Below are positions 26,446-29,086 of a stretch of DNA of 29,086 bases, piece by piece. Below the pieces are notes generated by a model. The model was not told the DNA's origin, did not search any database, and saw only the letters and a program-made list of their open reading frames with translations. The stretch comes from Planctomycetota bacterium (GTDB taxonomy: Bacteria; Planctomycetota; Phycisphaerae; SM23-33): contig JBMCUM010000001.1 in NCBI GenBank assembly GCA_048622595.1, forward strand, positions 1 to 29,086, written 5' to 3'. The position numbers and the translations under genes are program-made. Within the stretch, counting starts at the first letter, position 1. Each line of letters opens with the position of its first letter.

Positions 26446-27861
26446 GTGCAGGTACGCTGCGGACAATGCGGAACGCTGTTCCGGACCGACCGTCCGCTCG
26501 CCGAGTCCGCCTGCCCGAACTGCGGTCATCCTGTCGCCGCCGACCCGGAGGCGACCCGGACGGAGCCAGCGCCCGAACAGGACGCCGGCGCGGGCTTTGC
26601 CGAGATCGCCCGCAAGCACCTCGGCCAGGCGCTGCACATCACCTGCGGAAAGTGCGGCAGGCATCTGACGGTCGGCGCCCGCCGCGCCGGGCACGAGGGA
26701 CGCTGCCCGTCCTGCGGCGGACGCATCCGCATCCCCCGTCCGCAGGCCGAAGGCGAAGACGAGCCCGCCCTGCCGCAGACAGCGCCCGACGCCCCCGAAC
26801 GCCTTCGCATGGACCTCGCCGGCGATTGGGAGATCGTCGCGGCCGACCATCCCGCGCGCGTGGAGGTGGTCCGTCGTCGCCGGCCCCTGGTCGTGATTCT
26901 GGCGTCGCTGGTCGTCGCCGGCGCGGGCGTGGGGCTGTGGATCGGCCTGGGAGTGCTGGGCGGGCCCGCCTCCGACGAGGCGCCGCGCGCCCCGGTCGCC
27001 ACGGACGGGCAGCGCCCGGTGCAGCACGACGACGGGGGCGCGGACGCGCCGCCCACGCCGCCGCGGAGGCCGGAACCGTCCGAACCGCCGGACCCGACTG
27101 CCGCCCCGCCCAAACCGCCGAAGCCGCCCGAGACCGCACCGCAATCCCGGCCCGCGCCGGCGAAGTGCGCGCTGGTCGCCACGGAAGCCGCGCTGTTCGC
27201 CGCCGACGGGTACCGTCCCGCGCCGCCAGGGCGGGCCTACTGGCGAGCGACGGTACGCCTGACGGCGGGGGACGAGCCGTGGACGCTGCACGCAAAGGGC
27301 GGCGACGTGCGGCTCAAGTCCAGCGAAGGGGTGCTTCGGGCTCTGGGCCTGGCGACGGAAGATCCCCTGCGCGACGGTCCGGCGCGGGCGGGGCGAATTT
27401 CGGTCCCCCCCGGGGGCGACCAGACCGTAACGTTCGTCTTCGAAGGCCCCGAGGCCCCCGGCGAATCCCGCCTGGAGGTCCGCCGGGCGACACCGGTGGC
27501 GCTGGGGACGCTGGCGATGCGCGGGCGAACCGCGCCGCGGGAGCTGCCGGCGACGTTCGTGGAGCGCGGCCCGCGGAATCTCCGGCCCGGTCTGCGCGAC
27601 CCGGTGATGGCGGCGTTGCAGTCGACGGGCAGGCACGAGCTGCGCCTGGCGCGCGACGGCGAGGCGCTGAAGGTGAGCATCCCCGCTGCGGAGGTCGCCG
27701 GGCGGGCGACGCGCCGCCGCCCGGGCCTGTGGGACGCGACGCTGCGGGTCGGGTCCGAGGAGCTGGACTGCGCCCTGCGGTTCTTCGCCGACGGGCGCAG
27801 GGCGATCCTGTACCTGTCGGCCGCGCCGTTCCACCAGCTCAGCTACGAGCGAAGGCAATAG
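26446..27861 (+). CDS. Double zinc-ribbon, single-TM membrane protein with a Pro-rich linker and C-terminal beta domains (471 aa)
   Basis: CGQC..CPNC and CGKC..CPSC; hydrophobic LVVILASLVVAGAGVGLWIGLGVLG; PTPPRRPEP..PKPPKPP; starts 3 nt after the nadE stop. Confidence 0.75.
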   Translation: MQVRCGQCGTLFRTDRPLAESACPNCGHPVAADPEATRTEPAPEQDAGAGFAEIARKHLGQALHITCGKCGRHLTVGARRAGHEGRCPSCGGRIRIPRPQAEGEDEPALPQTAPDAPERLRMDLAGDWEIVAADHPARVEVVRRRRPLVVILASLVVAGAGVGLWIGLGVLGGPASDEAPRAPVATDGQRPVQHDDGGADAPPTPPRRPEPSEPPDPTAAPPKPPKPPETAPQSRPAPAKCALVATEAALFAADGYRPAPPGRAYWRATVRLTAGDEPWTLHAKGGDVRLKSSEGVLRALGLATEDPLRDGPARAGRISVPPGGDQTVTFVFEGPEAPGESRLEVRRATPVALGTLAMRGRTAPRELPATFVERGPRNLRPGLRDPVMAALQSTGRHELRLARDGEALKVSIPAAEVAGRATRRRPGLWDATLRVGSEELDCALRFFADGRRAILYLSAAPFHQLSYERRQ

Positions 27862-27876
27862 CGCGCCAAGCGCGTC

Positions 27877-28659
27877 TCACAGTCTGCGCAGGTGGAAGCC
27901 CCCGTCGACGTTGATGACCTCCCCGGTGGAGAAGCTCAGCAGCCCCTCGGCGACGGCGGCGACGGCGCGGGCGACGTCGCCCGCCCGTCCCCACCGGCGC
28001 AGGGGCGTCAGCCCTTCGGCGATCAGGTCGTCGTAGGTCTCGTGCGCCGGGTCGCCCGCCCCGCCGCTGATCATCCCCACGCGGACCTCGTACACGCCGA
28101 TGCCGTGCTCGCCCAGACGGTCGGCCAGGAGCTTCGTCCACATCGCCAGCGCCGCCCGCGCCACGCAGTGCGGGCCGTGATCCCCGCTGGTCGTGTACGC
28201 CGCGATCGAGTTGATCGTCACGATCCGCGGGTTCTCGACCAGCGCGGACTCGACCTGGCGGACCATCTCCCGCGCCACGAGCTGCGTGAGCATCGCGGTC
28301 GGCGTCATCGTCGCCTCCACTGCCTCCAGCAGGTCCGCCCCGTCGAGCTCCAGCAGGTCCGCCGGACGCCCCGCCCGTCCCATCGACGCCGCGACGAGAA
28401 GGTCTACCCGCCCGAAGGCGTCCAGCACGTTCTCGACGAGCTGCTCGCGTCGCTCGGCGTCGGACAGGTCCGCGCCGAAGGCCTCGGCTCGCGCGTCACC
28501 GGCATTCTGCTCGGCCGCCTGTTGCGCGGCATGTGCGGCCGCGCCCGCGTCGCTCTGGGCGGCGGCCTGGCAGGCGACGAACCAGTCGCGGCGGGCGAGC
28601 TCGACCGCGACGGCCGCTCCAAGCCCGTCCGTGCCCGTGCACAACAGCCGTGGCTCCAT
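27877..28659 (-). CDS. Degenerate short-chain dehydrogenase/reductase (3-ketoacyl-ACP-reductase-like); 5' end uncertain
   Basis: GLGAAVAVELA, ADLSD, FGRVDLLV, RIVTINS, GIGVYEVR, TPLRRWG, STGEVINVDGG; NNAG and YxxxK motifs are altered. Confidence 0.8.
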   Translation of the reverse strand: MEPRLLCTGTDGLGAAVAVELARRDWFVACQAAAQSDAGAAAHAAQQAAEQNAGDARAEAFGADLSDAERREQLVENVLDAFGRVDLLVAASMGRAGRPADLLELDGADLLEAVEATMTPTAMLTQLVAREMVRQVESALVENPRIVTINSIAAYTTSGDHGPHCVARAALAMWTKLLADRLGEHGIGVYEVRVGMISGGAGDPAHETYDDLIAEGLTPLRRWGRAGDVARAVAAVAEGLLSFSTGEVINVDGGFHLRRL

Positions 28660-29086
28660 CGCCTCCTGCCTGCGGGCCATCCACGAGCAGCGCTCCCTTG
28701 ACTCATCAAAGCCGGAGATCATAGTGGTTGACGACGGCTCCAGCGACGGGAGCGCGGCAGAGGCAAAGGGCCTGTGCGACCGGCTCATAAGGCTCGATAA
28801 GAACTCGGGTGCTGCCGTGGCCAGGAACAGGGGCGCGGCCGAGGCCTCCGCGGAGCTCCTGGTGTTCGTGGACTCGGACGTCATCCTCTTGCCGGACGCG
28901 CTCGGAAAGGTCCGAGAGCTCTTCGTTCGGCGGCCGGACACTGACGCCGCGGTGGGCCGCTACACTGAAACGCCGGCGCGCGCGGGCCTGGTGAACGCAT
29001 ATCACAACTCATTCACCCGCTTCCACCACGACCTTTCACCGGAGGAGATTGACTGGTTCTGGGGCGCGCTGGGAGCGGTGAAGAGG
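28631..29086 (+). CDS. Glycosyltransferase family 2, partial (5' end apparently truncated, runs off the window)
   Basis: Not in the ORF track. Translation from 28631: VPVHNSRGSIASCLRAIHEQ...EIIVVDDGSSDGS...KNSGAAVARNRG..LLVFVDSDV (DxD)...AAVGRY; no stop before 29086. Confidence 0.88.
   Translation, partial: MPVHNSRGSIASCLRAIHEQRSLDSSKPEIIVVDDGSSDGSAAEAKGLCDRLIRLDKNSGAAVARNRGAAEASAELLVFVDSDVILLPDALGKVRELFVRRPDTDAAVGRYTETPARAGLVNAYHNSFTRFHHDLSPEEIDWFWGALGAVKR

Noticed and set aside
22475-27858. Long antisense or alternate-frame ORFs (715, 585, 1028, 756 aa)
   Set aside because: Shadows of well-supported genes, with no motifs and typical high-GC frame bias.

Overview
High-GC bacterial chromosomal window, probably a Planctomycetota/Phycisphaerae-like organism (inferred from the AroD-AroE fusion, zinc-ribbon membrane protein and secreted repeat proteins). 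Most genes are housekeeping or envelope genes: an S55 (SpoIVB-type) peptidase coupled to a beta-propeller/FN3-like protein, aroDE, ispE, a frameshifted PTP/DSP phosphatase, a PPDK_N-type protein divergent from gdhA, a minus-strand run hisD-hisC-hisB-hydrogenase maturation protease-hypA-CDP-alcohol phosphatidyltransferase, two paralogous secreted repeat proteins, nadE, a degenerate SDR and a truncated GT2 gene. The most striking feature is in the his run. Two low-GC four-helix-bundle genes (23S rRNA IVS-protein family) sit at the hisD/hisC and hisC/hisB boundaries. Each is bracketed by its own inverted array of 7-bp tandem repeats that could pair in the mRNA and loop the gene out. An ORF-less nested inverted-repeat element of similar design sits at a third junction of the same run. 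Together they look like mRNA-level intervening-sequence cassettes. Other points: a TA-targeting MITE inside a stop codon, a REP-like element after gdhA, a C9-tract frameshift, a Cys-free HypA, several apparently leaderless genes and a probable junction near 28630-28635. All counts and alignments were done by hand; family assignments come from motif recognition, not database searches.
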